A stretch of 64,000 bases of DNA, from positions 1,504,001-1,568,000 of the forward strand of contig OZ245046.1 of assembly GCA_965224245.1 (NCBI GenBank), in the 5' to 3' direction. The DNA comes from Candidatus Eiseniibacteriota bacterium. Its GTDB lineage: Bacteria > Eisenbacteria > RBG-16-71-46 > CAZAMP01. Positions 28,405 to 37,736 of the stretch are shown here, piece by piece. The notes beneath the pieces were generated by a model. It worked only from the letters and a program-made list of their open reading frames with translations. It did not search any database and had not been told where the DNA came from. The translations under genes were made by a program, and so were the position numbers. Each line of letters starts with the position of its first letter. The stretch's first letter is position 1.

Positions 28405-29783
28405 AGGTCTTCGAGGTCGAGGTGTTCGGCCGCGGGGGGCTGACGCACTACGTCTTCAACCTCGCGCGTGAGCTCGGCGCGCGCGGGGTGAACGTGTGCA
28501 TCGTGACCGCGGCCGAGTACGAGCTGGATGCCCAGGCGGCCGCGCTGCCGGTGACGGCCCGGGTGGAGCGTCGTCTGAGCCGGCTGGCCGCGAGGTTGAC
28601 ACGCCTCCCGTACCGGGCCCGGCGCATGCTCAAGGGCGTGGAGTTCGTGACCGATGCGCTGTCGGTGGCCGCCCTGGCGTGGCGGGAGCGCCCCGACGTC
28701 ATCCATCTCCACTGTACGAACGGCATTCTCCTGTGGCTGATGATGTGTCTCCGTCCGCTCCGGATTCCGCTGTGCTACACGGCGCACGACGTGACCCCAC
28801 ACGAGCGGTTCCGGCTCGATCGGCTCGTGTACCGGGCGATCCACGGGCTGGCCGATCACATCATCTGCCACAGCCGGCGCGACCGGGACCGACTCGCCGA
28901 GGAGTTTCACCTGAATCCCGGTCGCGTCAGCGTGATCCCACACGGCGACTACGCGTTCTTCACCGCGCCGGGCGGGTCGGGCGCCGGCGGCGACGATGCC
29001 GGTGCGTCGGAACGCGCGAGTGCGGCCCCGGGCGCGGGCACGGCGGAGAGCGACGAGGCGGGGCTCGGGAAGACCGCCCTCGCGCGGTCGCGTCTCGGCG
29101 TGGCCGACGCCGAGAGCGTCGCCCTGTTCTTCGGCTTCGTGCGCGAGTACAAGGGGCTCGACCTCCTGATCGAGGCGTGGGACGACGTGCGGACCCGCCA
29201 CCGGGGCGCGCGGCTCCTGATCGCCGGCGACCCGTCGCGCATGAGCGCCGAGCGACTCCTGGAGCTGCGCCGCGAGGCCGACCGGGTCGGGGCGGTGCAT
29301 CGGTTCGCGTACGTGCCGTTCGAGGACGTTCCCGACTACTTCGCCGCCGCCGACGTGCTGGTGCTGCCGTATCGCCGCATCTCACAGAGCGGCGTGCTGC
29401 TTCTGAGTCTCTCGGTGGGGGTCCCGGTGATCGCCACCCGAGTGGGCGCGTTTCCGGAGGTGATCGAGGACGGTCGCACCGGTATCCTCATCGAGCCCGA
29501 GTCCCGGGACGCCCTGGTGGACGCGCTCGACCGCGTGCTGGGCGACCCGGAGCTCCGCGAGCGTCTGGGCACCGCGGGCCGTGAGATGGTCGAGGAGACC
29601 TACTCGTGGTCGGCGATCGCCGAGCGCACCGAGCGGACCTTCGCCGCCATGCTGGCCGGTGGGCCATCGGCGCCGAACGCCGTCACCGAGACCGATACGA
29701 ACGCGCCGCCTGCCTCGGCGAGCGTCGGGACTCCGGCCGAGGGATCCCACGACGCGCCGCCGGGTCTGGCGAAGGGAAGCTGA
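28401..29783 (+). CDS. glycosyltransferase family 4
   Basis: FFGFVREYKGLD, VLPYRRISQSGV, PVIATRVG. Confidence 0.9.
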   Translation: MKVFEVEVFGRGGLTHYVFNLARELGARGVNVCIVTAAEYELDAQAAALPVTARVERRLSRLAARLTRLPYRARRMLKGVEFVTDALSVAALAWRERPDVIHLHCTNGILLWLMMCLRPLRIPLCYTAHDVTPHERFRLDRLVYRAIHGLADHIICHSRRDRDRLAEEFHLNPGRVSVIPHGDYAFFTAPGGSGAGGDDAGASERASAAPGAGTAESDEAGLGKTALARSRLGVADAESVALFFGFVREYKGLDLLIEAWDDVRTRHRGARLLIAGDPSRMSAERLLELRREADRVGAVHRFAYVPFEDVPDYFAAADVLVLPYRRISQSGVLLLSLSVGVPVIATRVGAFPEVIEDGRTGILIEPESRDALVDALDRVLGDPELRERLGTAGREMVEETYSWSAIAERTERTFAAMLAGGPSAPNAVTETDTNAPPASASVGTPAEGSHDAPPGLAKGS

Positions 29784-29786
29784 ACG

Positions 29787-31283
29787 ATGCCACGCGCACA
29801 CATCCGCACGCGGACCCGGCGTGAGTCCCTGCCCACGATCTCGCCGGCCGTCGTGGCCGCCGCGCTCCTGATCGCGGAGTTCGCGCTGTTCGCGGTGTCC
29901 GCGGGACAGGCGTCGATGGTGATCCGATCGTTCGTGGTCGCGCTGCCGCTGCTGATCTTCATCGCGCGCGCTCCGGTCGTCGGGGTGTACGCGATCGCGT
30001 TTCTGATCCCGCTCGAGCTGTTCGCGCGCATTCCCAACGAGTTCTTCTCGCTGTACAAGCTCCTGGGGCTCTTCACGCTGACCTCGGCCGCGGTCCACTG
30101 GATCTCGGGCGACCGTGGCCTGGCCGGTCAACGGACGGGTCTGCACCGCTGGGTCGGGCTGTTCCTGTTCCTGACCGCCTGCTCGGTCCTGTGGAGCATC
30201 GAGCCCGAGAAGTCACTTCAGGCCGTGCGGCGCCTGGTCTCTCTGGCCGTCTTCTACTGGCTGACGATCCGCCTGGTGAACACCCGGAGCAAGCTGCGGG
30301 GCCTCGTCATCGCGGTGATCGTCTCCTGTGTGATCGCCGCTGCGTTCGCGATCGCCGCGTACGTCCAGGGCGACGCTGTCTTCGACACGCAGACCGACGT
30401 GACCGTCGACGATCGGCTCCGAGCGTCGGGCGCGAGCCTCGATGCGAACTTCTTCGCCGCCACCATCCTGACCGCGCTTCCTTTCTGTCTCCTGGGATGG
30501 CGAACCGAGAAAGGGACCGGGGCCCGCGCGTTTCTCGCGGCGGCCGCGATCGCGATCGTGGCCGGCACCGTCTTCTCGTTCTCGCGCGGCGGCGCGCTGA
30601 CCATGGTGCTCGTCCTGGCACTCGCGTACTTCGCGGCGCTCCGGCGGATGACGGGCAAGGATCTTCTGGGTGCGCTCCTTCTGGTGCCGATCGTCTTCGG
30701 CATCGGGTTCCTGATGCTCCCCTCGGCGTACCGGTCTCGCGTCGAGAGTCTCAGCTCGCCGATCGAGGGCGACGAGTCGATCCGCGGCCGCTGGCTCTAC
30801 GTGGAGTTCGGTCGCGAGGCGGTCTTCGAGAGCCCGCTCGGGGTCGGGGCCGGCGCGTTTCCGATCGCCTTCGCGCAGTCGTCGCAGAACCAGGAGTATC
30901 GATACTACGGCCTCGAGCCCGGCGAGCAGCAGGGCCGCAGCGCCCACAACATGTACCTCGAGGTGTCGGTCGAGATGGGGCTCCTGGGGGGCTTCCTGTT
31001 CTTCTGCATGATCGTGTTCGCGCTCTACGAGTCCCGACGCGTGGGACGCCACCTGGACGAAAAGGACGACGCGTTTCTCGCCACCGCGAACGCGGCGGTG
31101 GCCATCAGCCTGGCCGGCTTCGCGTTCTCGGGGCTGTTCCTGAGCGCACAGTACGAGAAGACCCTGTGGCTGTTCCTGGCTCTCGTGCCCACGATCAAGA
31201 ACCTCTCGTACGAGGGGGAGGTGTTCGTGCCGGACATGCGCAAGCTCCGGCGCGCGCTGGCGCGACGAGGCAAGGCGATATGA
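29787..31283 (+). CDS. O-antigen ligase/polymerase family protein
   Basis: RASG...DANFFA, SFSRGG, PLGVGAGAF, AHNMYLEVSVEMGLLG. Confidence 0.85.
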   Translation: MPRAHIRTRTRRESLPTISPAVVAAALLIAEFALFAVSAGQASMVIRSFVVALPLLIFIARAPVVGVYAIAFLIPLELFARIPNEFFSLYKLLGLFTLTSAAVHWISGDRGLAGQRTGLHRWVGLFLFLTACSVLWSIEPEKSLQAVRRLVSLAVFYWLTIRLVNTRSKLRGLVIAVIVSCVIAAAFAIAAYVQGDAVFDTQTDVTVDDRLRASGASLDANFFAATILTALPFCLLGWRTEKGTGARAFLAAAAIAIVAGTVFSFSRGGALTMVLVLALAYFAALRRMTGKDLLGALLLVPIVFGIGFLMLPSAYRSRVESLSSPIEGDESIRGRWLYVEFGREAVFESPLGVGAGAFPIAFAQSSQNQEYRYYGLEPGEQQGRSAHNMYLEVSVEMGLLGGFLFFCMIVFALYESRRVGRHLDEKDDAFLATANAAVAISLAGFAFSGLFLSAQYEKTLWLFLALVPTIKNLSYEGEVFVPDMRKLRRALARRGKAI

Positions 31284-32416
31284 TCGTCACCGCCTTCTGG
31301 ATTCTCGTGGCCGTCGTCGCGTTCGCGTTCGTCGTGTTTCCGATCTCGGTCATCGTGCTGGGTGCGGTGCTCGGGCGGCGGCATCGTGTCTCGGAGGCGG
31401 CGCCGTCGGTCTCCGTGCTCATCGCGGCCTACAACGAGGCGCCCGGCATCGCGGCGAAGGTACGGAACGTGCTGGCGCAGAAGTACCCCCCCGAGCGCCT
31501 GCACGTCGTGGTCGTCGACGACGGCTCCACCGACGGTACCGCCGAGGCTCTGGCCGTCATCGACGATCCGCGACTGACCGTGATCAGCGGGGGTGAGCGG
31601 GGTGGGAAGGTCGCGGCGCTGAACGCCGGCATCTCGGCCTGTCGAGGGGACGTGGTCGTGTACACCGACGCCAACGCGGAGTTCGAGCCGCGCGCGATCG
31701 CCGAGCTGACGGCCCCGTTTGGAGACTCCACCGTGGGCGGCGTCTGCGGCAATCAGCTCAACCGTCCCGGTCGGGCCGCGCTGGCGGTCGGCGAGCGCAT
31801 GTACTGGGAGTACGACAAGCTCGTCAAACGGATGGAGAGCCTGACCGGGTCGATCGTCGCCGCCGACGGCTCGATCTACGCGCTCCGGCGCGAGCTGGTG
31901 GAAACGATCCCGCCCGGAGTGACGGACGACTTCTTCCTCTCCACCGGCGCGATCAGGCACGGACACCGACTCGTGTTCGCCGAGAAGGCGCGATCGATCG
32001 AGGTGCCGCTGGAGCGTGGAGCGGACCACTTCCGCCGTCGCGTCCGCATCACCCAGCAGGCGCTCGAGTCGCTCTCGACGCGACGCGACCTTCTGAACCC
32101 GATCCGGCACGGCGTCTACGCGTACATCATCTTCGGCCACAAGGTGGCCCGGCGGCTCGCGTCGCCGTGCGTGCTCGCGCTGTTCCCCGTGAGCGCGCTG
32201 GCGGCCCCCGAGGGCGCGCTCTACGTCCTCGCGTTCGCGCTCAACGTGCTCCTGTATGCCGCCGCGCTGGCCGGCGTCGTCCTGCGCGACCGCGTCCTGG
32301 CCAGGCTCGCGGCCGCGGCCTCGTACTTCGTTCTCGGCAACGTCGCGACGACGGTCGGAATCTTCCACTTCCTCCGGGGCCAGCGGCGCGAGCTGTGGGA
32401 GCCGGTGCGTTCGTGA
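31280..32416 (+). CDS. membrane glycosyltransferase family 2
   Basis: VSVLIAAYNEA, VDDGSTDGT, YTDAN, TDDFFL, RRRVRI; ATGA overlap. Confidence 0.9.
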   Translation: MIVTAFWILVAVVAFAFVVFPISVIVLGAVLGRRHRVSEAAPSVSVLIAAYNEAPGIAAKVRNVLAQKYPPERLHVVVVDDGSTDGTAEALAVIDDPRLTVISGGERGGKVAALNAGISACRGDVVVYTDANAEFEPRAIAELTAPFGDSTVGGVCGNQLNRPGRAALAVGERMYWEYDKLVKRMESLTGSIVAADGSIYALRRELVETIPPGVTDDFFLSTGAIRHGHRLVFAEKARSIEVPLERGADHFRRRVRITQQALESLSTRRDLLNPIRHGVYAYIIFGHKVARRLASPCVLALFPVSALAAPEGALYVLAFALNVLLYAAALAGVVLRDRVLARLAAAASYFVLGNVATTVGIFHFLRGQRRELWEPVRS

Positions 32417-33957
32417 CCGCCGCGCCCCACGTCGAGAGCGTGCGCCTCGGCGCCGCCGTGCTCGCGGTCGCACGCGCCGGTCGATTCGCACTCGGGTTCC
32501 TGGCCACGGTGCTGATCGCGCACGCGTTCGGTGCCACCGATGCCACCGATGCGTTCTTCGTGGCACGGATCCTCCCGATCACGTTCATGGACTGGGCGGG
32601 CAACATCCTCAAGGTCGGCTTCATCCCGACGCATGCCGAGATCCTGGCCCGCGAGGGGGCGGAGACCGCCCGTCGGGTGTCGGGTCAGTTCGCGATCTAC
32701 ACCATCGGGCTCTTCGGCCTGGTCGGACTCGCGTCTCTGGCCCTGGCGCCCTGGATCGTGAAAGGTCTGGCGCCCGGTCTCGACACGGCGGCCGCGGTGA
32801 GCGCGGCCACGATGCTGCGGCAGCTCGCCCCGACGATCGTTCTCAGCGCGGCGTTCCTGGTGACCGAGACGCTTCTGAACGCGGGCCGTCACTTCTCGTC
32901 CCCCGCCCGCGGCCGGATCGTGGGGCGCGTGGTCGTGGTGGTGGCGCTCGTCGTCCTGTCGCCGGTCGTGGGGGAGAGCGCGATGCCCCTGGCGTTCGTG
33001 GCCGGGATCGTCGCGCAGCTCGCCGGCGTCGGCGCGCCTCTCGGTGCGCTCCGGGGCGCCGTCGCCGGTGTGCCCTGGTCACCGCTGCTACCGGGCACGC
33101 GGCGCGTGATGGCGCTCCTCGGGCCCGCCGCGATCTGGATGCTCCTGGATCAGATGAAGTTCGTCGTGGATCAGAACTTCGCATCGCGGCTCCCGGCCGG
33201 CCAGCTCGCGGCGATCGGCTACGCGTTCCAGATCCTCCAGGTGGTGATCTCGGTCACCGCGGGCTCCTACCTGACCGCGCTCTTCCCGACGCTGTCCGAC
33301 CGCATGGCGAGCGACGCGAGCGTTCGCCCGGTGGCCGACGGCGCGCTGGCCAAGGTCGCGGTGGTCACGGGACTCCTGGCCGCGCTCCTGATGGGGGCGA
33401 CCGAGCCCAGCGTGCGCGCGCTGCTCGAGCGGGGAGCCTTCGATCGGGCGGCCGGCGCGTCGACGACGGACGCGCTCTTCTGGTACGCGCCGGGGATGCT
33501 GTTCATCGGCGCGAACATGGTGCTGAAGATCCTGATCTTCCTCGGCCGCCGGCTGGGGGCGATCGTGTGGGTGGGCGTCGGCGAGTTCGTCCTGAACGTC
33601 GCGCTCGACGCGGCCCTGGTCGGACCGATGGGGATCGGGGGGCTCGCGCTCGCGTCGAGCTTGACGACGCTGGTCGTGTTGGTGGCCGTGCCGTTCTACC
33701 TGGATCGGCAGGGCGTCCTCGGCGCCCGCGCGTGTCTGGGCGTGGTGGCGCGAGTCGGGCTCGCGGCGGCGGTCACGGTGGTGGCGATGCGTCTGGTGCT
33801 GGCCCGGGTCGACGTTCACGATCTCGGGTCGTCGCTCATGGCCCTCGCCATCGGGGGCGTGATCGGGATCGGGGTCTACGTCCCGCTGATCGGGGCGCTC
33901 GGGCTCTCGCCGCGCTCGCTCGTCACCCGACGCGCCCCGGGCTCGGCTCCGCGATGA
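32413..33957 (+). CDS. MurJ/MviN-like (MOP superfamily) flippase
   Basis: IAHAFGATDATDAFFVA, FIP, VDQNFAS, LLERGAFD, GIGGLALASS. Confidence 0.8.
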   Translation: MTAAPHVESVRLGAAVLAVARAGRFALGFLATVLIAHAFGATDATDAFFVARILPITFMDWAGNILKVGFIPTHAEILAREGAETARRVSGQFAIYTIGLFGLVGLASLALAPWIVKGLAPGLDTAAAVSAATMLRQLAPTIVLSAAFLVTETLLNAGRHFSSPARGRIVGRVVVVVALVVLSPVVGESAMPLAFVAGIVAQLAGVGAPLGALRGAVAGVPWSPLLPGTRRVMALLGPAAIWMLLDQMKFVVDQNFASRLPAGQLAAIGYAFQILQVVISVTAGSYLTALFPTLSDRMASDASVRPVADGALAKVAVVTGLLAALLMGATEPSVRALLERGAFDRAAGASTTDALFWYAPGMLFIGANMVLKILIFLGRRLGAIVWVGVGEFVLNVALDAALVGPMGIGGLALASSLTTLVVLVAVPFYLDRQGVLGARACLGVVARVGLAAAVTVVAMRLVLARVDVHDLGSSLMALAIGGVIGIGVYVPLIGALGLSPRSLVTRRAPGSAPR

Positions 33958-35015
33958 GCCCGCGATCCGCCGAGCCGGGCGGGCCCGACCCGCACGCGGT
34001 CGCCCCGGGCACCGCGGCCGCGCCGCCGACCGTGGCGGAGCGTCCGGTCCCGGTCAGCGTGATCGTCCCCGTATTTCGCGCCGGCCGGACGCTGGGCGTC
34101 GCGCTGGAGTCGATCGCACGCACGACGCATGGCTCGATCGAGGTCATCGCCACGCTCGACGGATCACAGCCCGAGGCGGGAGCGATGCTCGAGGCACACG
34201 GCGTGCGGGTGCTGGAGATCCCGCACGCGGGACCCGCGGCCGCCCGCAATCACGCGGTGACCATGTCCACCGGCGAGATCCTCTTCTTCACCGATGCCGA
34301 CGTGGAGATCTTCGCCGACACGATCTCGCGCGGAGTGGCCGCGTTCCGGGCCGATCCCGAGCTGGATGCGCTGTTCGGCTCCTACACCGCCGGCGCCGGC
34401 GCGCCCGGCTTCTTCACGGCGTACAAGAACTACGTGCACCACCTCACCCACCAGGACGCCGGCGAGGACGCGTTCACGTTCTGGACGGGCTGTGGCTTCG
34501 TACGCCGGTCGGTGTTCGACGAGCTGGGGGGTTTCGACGACGGACAGCGCTTCCTCTCGGACGTGGAGTTCGGCTACCGCATGCACCTGGCCGGGAAACG
34601 GATCCGGATCGACAAGTCGATCCAGGTCGTCCACCACAAGCACTACGACCTTCGGGGGCTCGTCCGCTCGGACTTCTTCGGACGCGCGGTGCCGTGGAGC
34701 CGACTGATGATGCGACATCGCACCGTCGAGTCCGATCTGAACCTGAAGCCCGCGAACGTGCTCAGCGTGCCCCTGTCCTATCTGACGCTCCTGTCGCCCG
34801 CGCTGGGGTTCGTGGCCGCGCCGCTCGGGCTCGTGGCCCCGCTCGTCGGGCTCGGCGCGCTGGGCGCGCTCAACCACCGTCTGATCGGCTTCACGAAAGC
34901 GCGCGAGGGCACGACGTTTGCACTCGGCGTGCTCCTGACCCAGTGGGGGATCTACCTGATCAGCGGCGCCGGCGTGGTCGCCGCGCTCCTGGGCTATCGA
35001 TCGGGCGGTCGCTGA
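33954..35015 (+). CDS. glycosyltransferase family 2
   Basis: VSVIVPV, GPAAARN, FTDAD, LGGFD, DVEFGYR. Confidence 0.88.
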   Translation: MSPRSAEPGGPDPHAVAPGTAAAPPTVAERPVPVSVIVPVFRAGRTLGVALESIARTTHGSIEVIATLDGSQPEAGAMLEAHGVRVLEIPHAGPAAARNHAVTMSTGEILFFTDADVEIFADTISRGVAAFRADPELDALFGSYTAGAGAPGFFTAYKNYVHHLTHQDAGEDAFTFWTGCGFVRRSVFDELGGFDDGQRFLSDVEFGYRMHLAGKRIRIDKSIQVVHHKHYDLRGLVRSDFFGRAVPWSRLMMRHRTVESDLNLKPANVLSVPLSYLTLLSPALGFVAAPLGLVAPLVGLGALGALNHRLIGFTKAREGTTFALGVLLTQWGIYLISGAGVVAALLGYRSGGR

Positions 35016-35079
35016 GCGGCGTGCGTCCCACCGGGGGCATGAGCGCGCCCGAGCGCGCAGGGTGCGGCGCGATGGCGCG

Positions 35080-35108
35080 TTGAAAGCCCGCCTGGCGCCC
35101 GGTATGCT
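35080..35108 (+). promoter_or_regulatory. sigma70-type promoter of the CsgG-barrel-kinase operon
   Basis: TTGAAA (35080-85), 17 nt, TATGCT (35103-08). Confidence 0.65.
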
Positions 35109-35198
35109 CCAGCCGCTCACGATCGGACGATCGGCCGAGCACCGTCGCTCCGTGGGGACGCGGCGGCTCGGGCGGGATGGCGTCGCTCACACGAGGAC

Positions 35199-36551
35199 AT
35201 GCCTCCGCCGGCATCCCAATCGCTCGGCCCGGCGCCCCGCGCGCCGGACGGGATCGAGGCGCAAGTGGCTCGTTTTCCTTGGCTGCTCGCTCTCGTGCTG
35301 GCCCTCGCGGGCTGCACGCCTGGCTATCTGGTCGACGGGGATGCCGCGATGGTGCGCGGCGACTACGGCGAGGCCGAGCGGGTGCTCCAGCGAGCCCTGA
35401 TCGTGCACCCCGACGACGCGCGCATCCTGAACCGGCTCGGCTGGGTCGCGCTGAAGGAGTCCCGGACCGACGCCGCGCTCGAGTATCTGACGCGGGCGCG
35501 TGAGCTGGATCCCACGAACGGCGAATCCATCCTCTACCTCGGCATGACCTACGAGGCGCGCGACGACGTGGACGCTGCGGTCGACACGTACCGGCACTAC
35601 GCGTCGCTGGGCGCGCTGTCTCGCGACAAGGGACGCATCCGCGATCGGCTGGAGGCGCTCTCGCGGCGACGGGCCGAGATCTGGGCCGTCGAGCGCCGAG
35701 CGGCCGAGGACAGTCTCGGGGCCGCGCCCACCGACGAGCGCTCGCTGGGCGTGGTCGCGATGTCCCTCTCGAGTGACGACGAGGACTACGCGGGTCTCGG
35801 CGCGGCGCTGGCCGGACAGCTCAGCACCGACCTGGCGAAGGTGCGTGCGCTGACGGTCGTCGAGCGTCTCCGACTCGATGCGATCCTGCGCGAGCTGGAG
35901 CTCGCCGCGTCGGGCGCGGTGGATTCGCGCACGGCCCCCCGCGTTGGACGGCTCCTCGGCGCGCGCACGATCGTGTCCGGCGACATCCTCCCGCTTCCCG
36001 ACGACGTGATCCGTGTCGACCTGGCCATCGTGGACACCGGCGCGGCCCGCGTGATGGCCCAGGTCGGTGACGAGGCGGCGGCCACGGACTTCTTCGAGCT
36101 GGAGTCGGCGCTCGCCTTCAGCATCCTGGACGTGATGGGCATCGAGATAAGCGAGCGCGAGCGGGAGGAGATCGCCCGCGCGCCGACGAGGTCCCTGGCC
36201 GCATTCCTCGCCTACGGGCGGGGCCTGGAGGCCGATCGCGCAGGGCGGCTCGCGGAGGCCGAGAGCGAATACCGGCAGGCTCTGGCCCTGGATCCCTCCT
36301 TCGCCGGCCCGAGCCAGGCGCTCGGCGACCTCGGAACGGGCGCCGTGCCCGTCAGCGATGCCATTGCCACGCTCACCCCGCCGTCCGCGGTGCCGGCAGG
36401 GGCACCCACGGTGGACGACCGGACGCTGGATCTTCTGGACGTGGTCGGTGACGGCACCTGGGGAGAGCGTCCCGACGACGGGCGCGTCGACCCGAATGCG
36501 TCCCAGGTCGAGATCCCGCGTCCGCCGACGCCACCGGAGGGGGGGAAGTAG
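35199..36551 (+). CDS. TPR + CsgG/HfaB-fold lipoprotein
   Basis: Lipobox LALAGC; TPRs (RLGWVAL, YLGMTYE); VVERLRLDAILRELEL...VDSRTAPRVGRLLGARTIVSG. Confidence 0.8.
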   Translation: MPPPASQSLGPAPRAPDGIEAQVARFPWLLALVLALAGCTPGYLVDGDAAMVRGDYGEAERVLQRALIVHPDDARILNRLGWVALKESRTDAALEYLTRARELDPTNGESILYLGMTYEARDDVDAAVDTYRHYASLGALSRDKGRIRDRLEALSRRRAEIWAVERRAAEDSLGAAPTDERSLGVVAMSLSSDDEDYAGLGAALAGQLSTDLAKVRALTVVERLRLDAILRELELAASGAVDSRTAPRVGRLLGARTIVSGDILPLPDDVIRVDLAIVDTGAARVMAQVGDEAAATDFFELESALAFSILDVMGIEISEREREEIARAPTRSLAAFLAYGRGLEADRAGRLAEAESEYRQALALDPSFAGPSQALGDLGTGAVPVSDAIATLTPPSAVPAGAPTVDDRTLDLLDVVGDGTWGERPDDGRVDPNASQVEIPRPPTPPEGGK

Positions 36552-37658
36552 ATGCGCGCGATCAGGGTCACCGGGCTCCGAGCCGCGGTCTCCGCCGTCG
36601 TGCTCGCCGCCCTTCCATCGCTCGCGGCAGCGGGCGGTCACGTGACGGTCGGCGCGGGCGTCGATCGCTGGTCCTGGGACGAGGACGACGTCACCGAGGT
36701 CGGGACCACCGCGACGCTGGGCCTGGAGCTCACGCCGACGGTCACGCTGGAGGCCGTCACCGGATTCTCGGACGTCTCCACCGACATCGGTCCCGGGATC
36801 TCGGGGCTCACCGACACCCAGCTTCGCATCACGGCCGTTCCCCGGCCGGGGGCGATGCTGCGGCTCGGCGTGAACGGTCCCACCGGACAGAGCGAGTTCG
36901 ACGGCGAGGATCTCAGCGCGATCCTGTACCTGACCGATCGCCTGATGAGCATGCCCACGCGCGCGATCGGGCGTGGCGTCGACGTCGACCTGTCGGCCGC
37001 GTACGCCGTCCAGCTCGGATCGGCGGCGCTCGGCGGCGGCATCGGCTACCTCGTCCGCGGAACGCTCACGCCGTTCGCGGACGGAGGCGAGTACGATCCC
37101 GGGGACCGGCTGTCGCTGGCGCTGGGCCTGGATCTCGGGTCGCACGCCTGGCTCGTGCGGCAGAACCTGCGCGTGGCGACCTTCACCGAGGACGTGTACG
37201 ACGATGAGCCCCTGGTCGAGTCCGGCACGCGCGTGGAGTATGCGCTGCGCGGGGTCCGTCGGGCCGTCGGACGCGACCTCTGGGCCGCGTTCCAGTACCG
37301 GGACTTCGGTGAGGCCGAGGCCCGCTCGGACAGCCTCGACGACGCGTCGTTCAATACGGGCAGCCAGGGCGACGTCAAGGTGTCGATCGGCGCCGACCTG
37401 ACGCTCTCGCCGCGCTGGCGGCTGAACCTCTCGACCGGGCTCCGTTTCCTGTCCGAGAACGCCCAGGGCTCCGAAGGCGGAAACCGGTTCGACATCGGTG
37501 CGGACGCGTCCACGCGGCTGCGGCCCGATCTCGTCGTCTCGTTCGGCGCCGGCATCGGATCGGCGTCGGTGGACGCGGCGTCGTCGACGCTGGGCGTCGC
37601 CGACGATGCGTCGTTGACCGGCCTACGGGCCTCGCTCCGCGTGCGCCGGGAGTTCTGA
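36552..37658 (+). CDS. outer-membrane beta-barrel protein
   Basis: Signal peptide, alternating strands, GLTDTQL...GVNGPTG, YDPGD, C-terminal LRASLRVRREF. Confidence 0.7.
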   Translation: MRAIRVTGLRAAVSAVVLAALPSLAAAGGHVTVGAGVDRWSWDEDDVTEVGTTATLGLELTPTVTLEAVTGFSDVSTDIGPGISGLTDTQLRITAVPRPGAMLRLGVNGPTGQSEFDGEDLSAILYLTDRLMSMPTRAIGRGVDVDLSAAYAVQLGSAALGGGIGYLVRGTLTPFADGGEYDPGDRLSLALGLDLGSHAWLVRQNLRVATFTEDVYDDEPLVESGTRVEYALRGVRRAVGRDLWAAFQYRDFGEAEARSDSLDDASFNTGSQGDVKVSIGADLTLSPRWRLNLSTGLRFLSENAQGSEGGNRFDIGADASTRLRPDLVVSFGAGIGSASVDAASSTLGVADDASLTGLRASLRVRREF

Positions 37659-37736
37659 TGCCGCCTGAGGACCGCGCTGGACGCCCACGCCGTGCGCGTC
37701 CGGCGCGCGGGGGCTCTCACGCGAGCGGGTGAGGCC

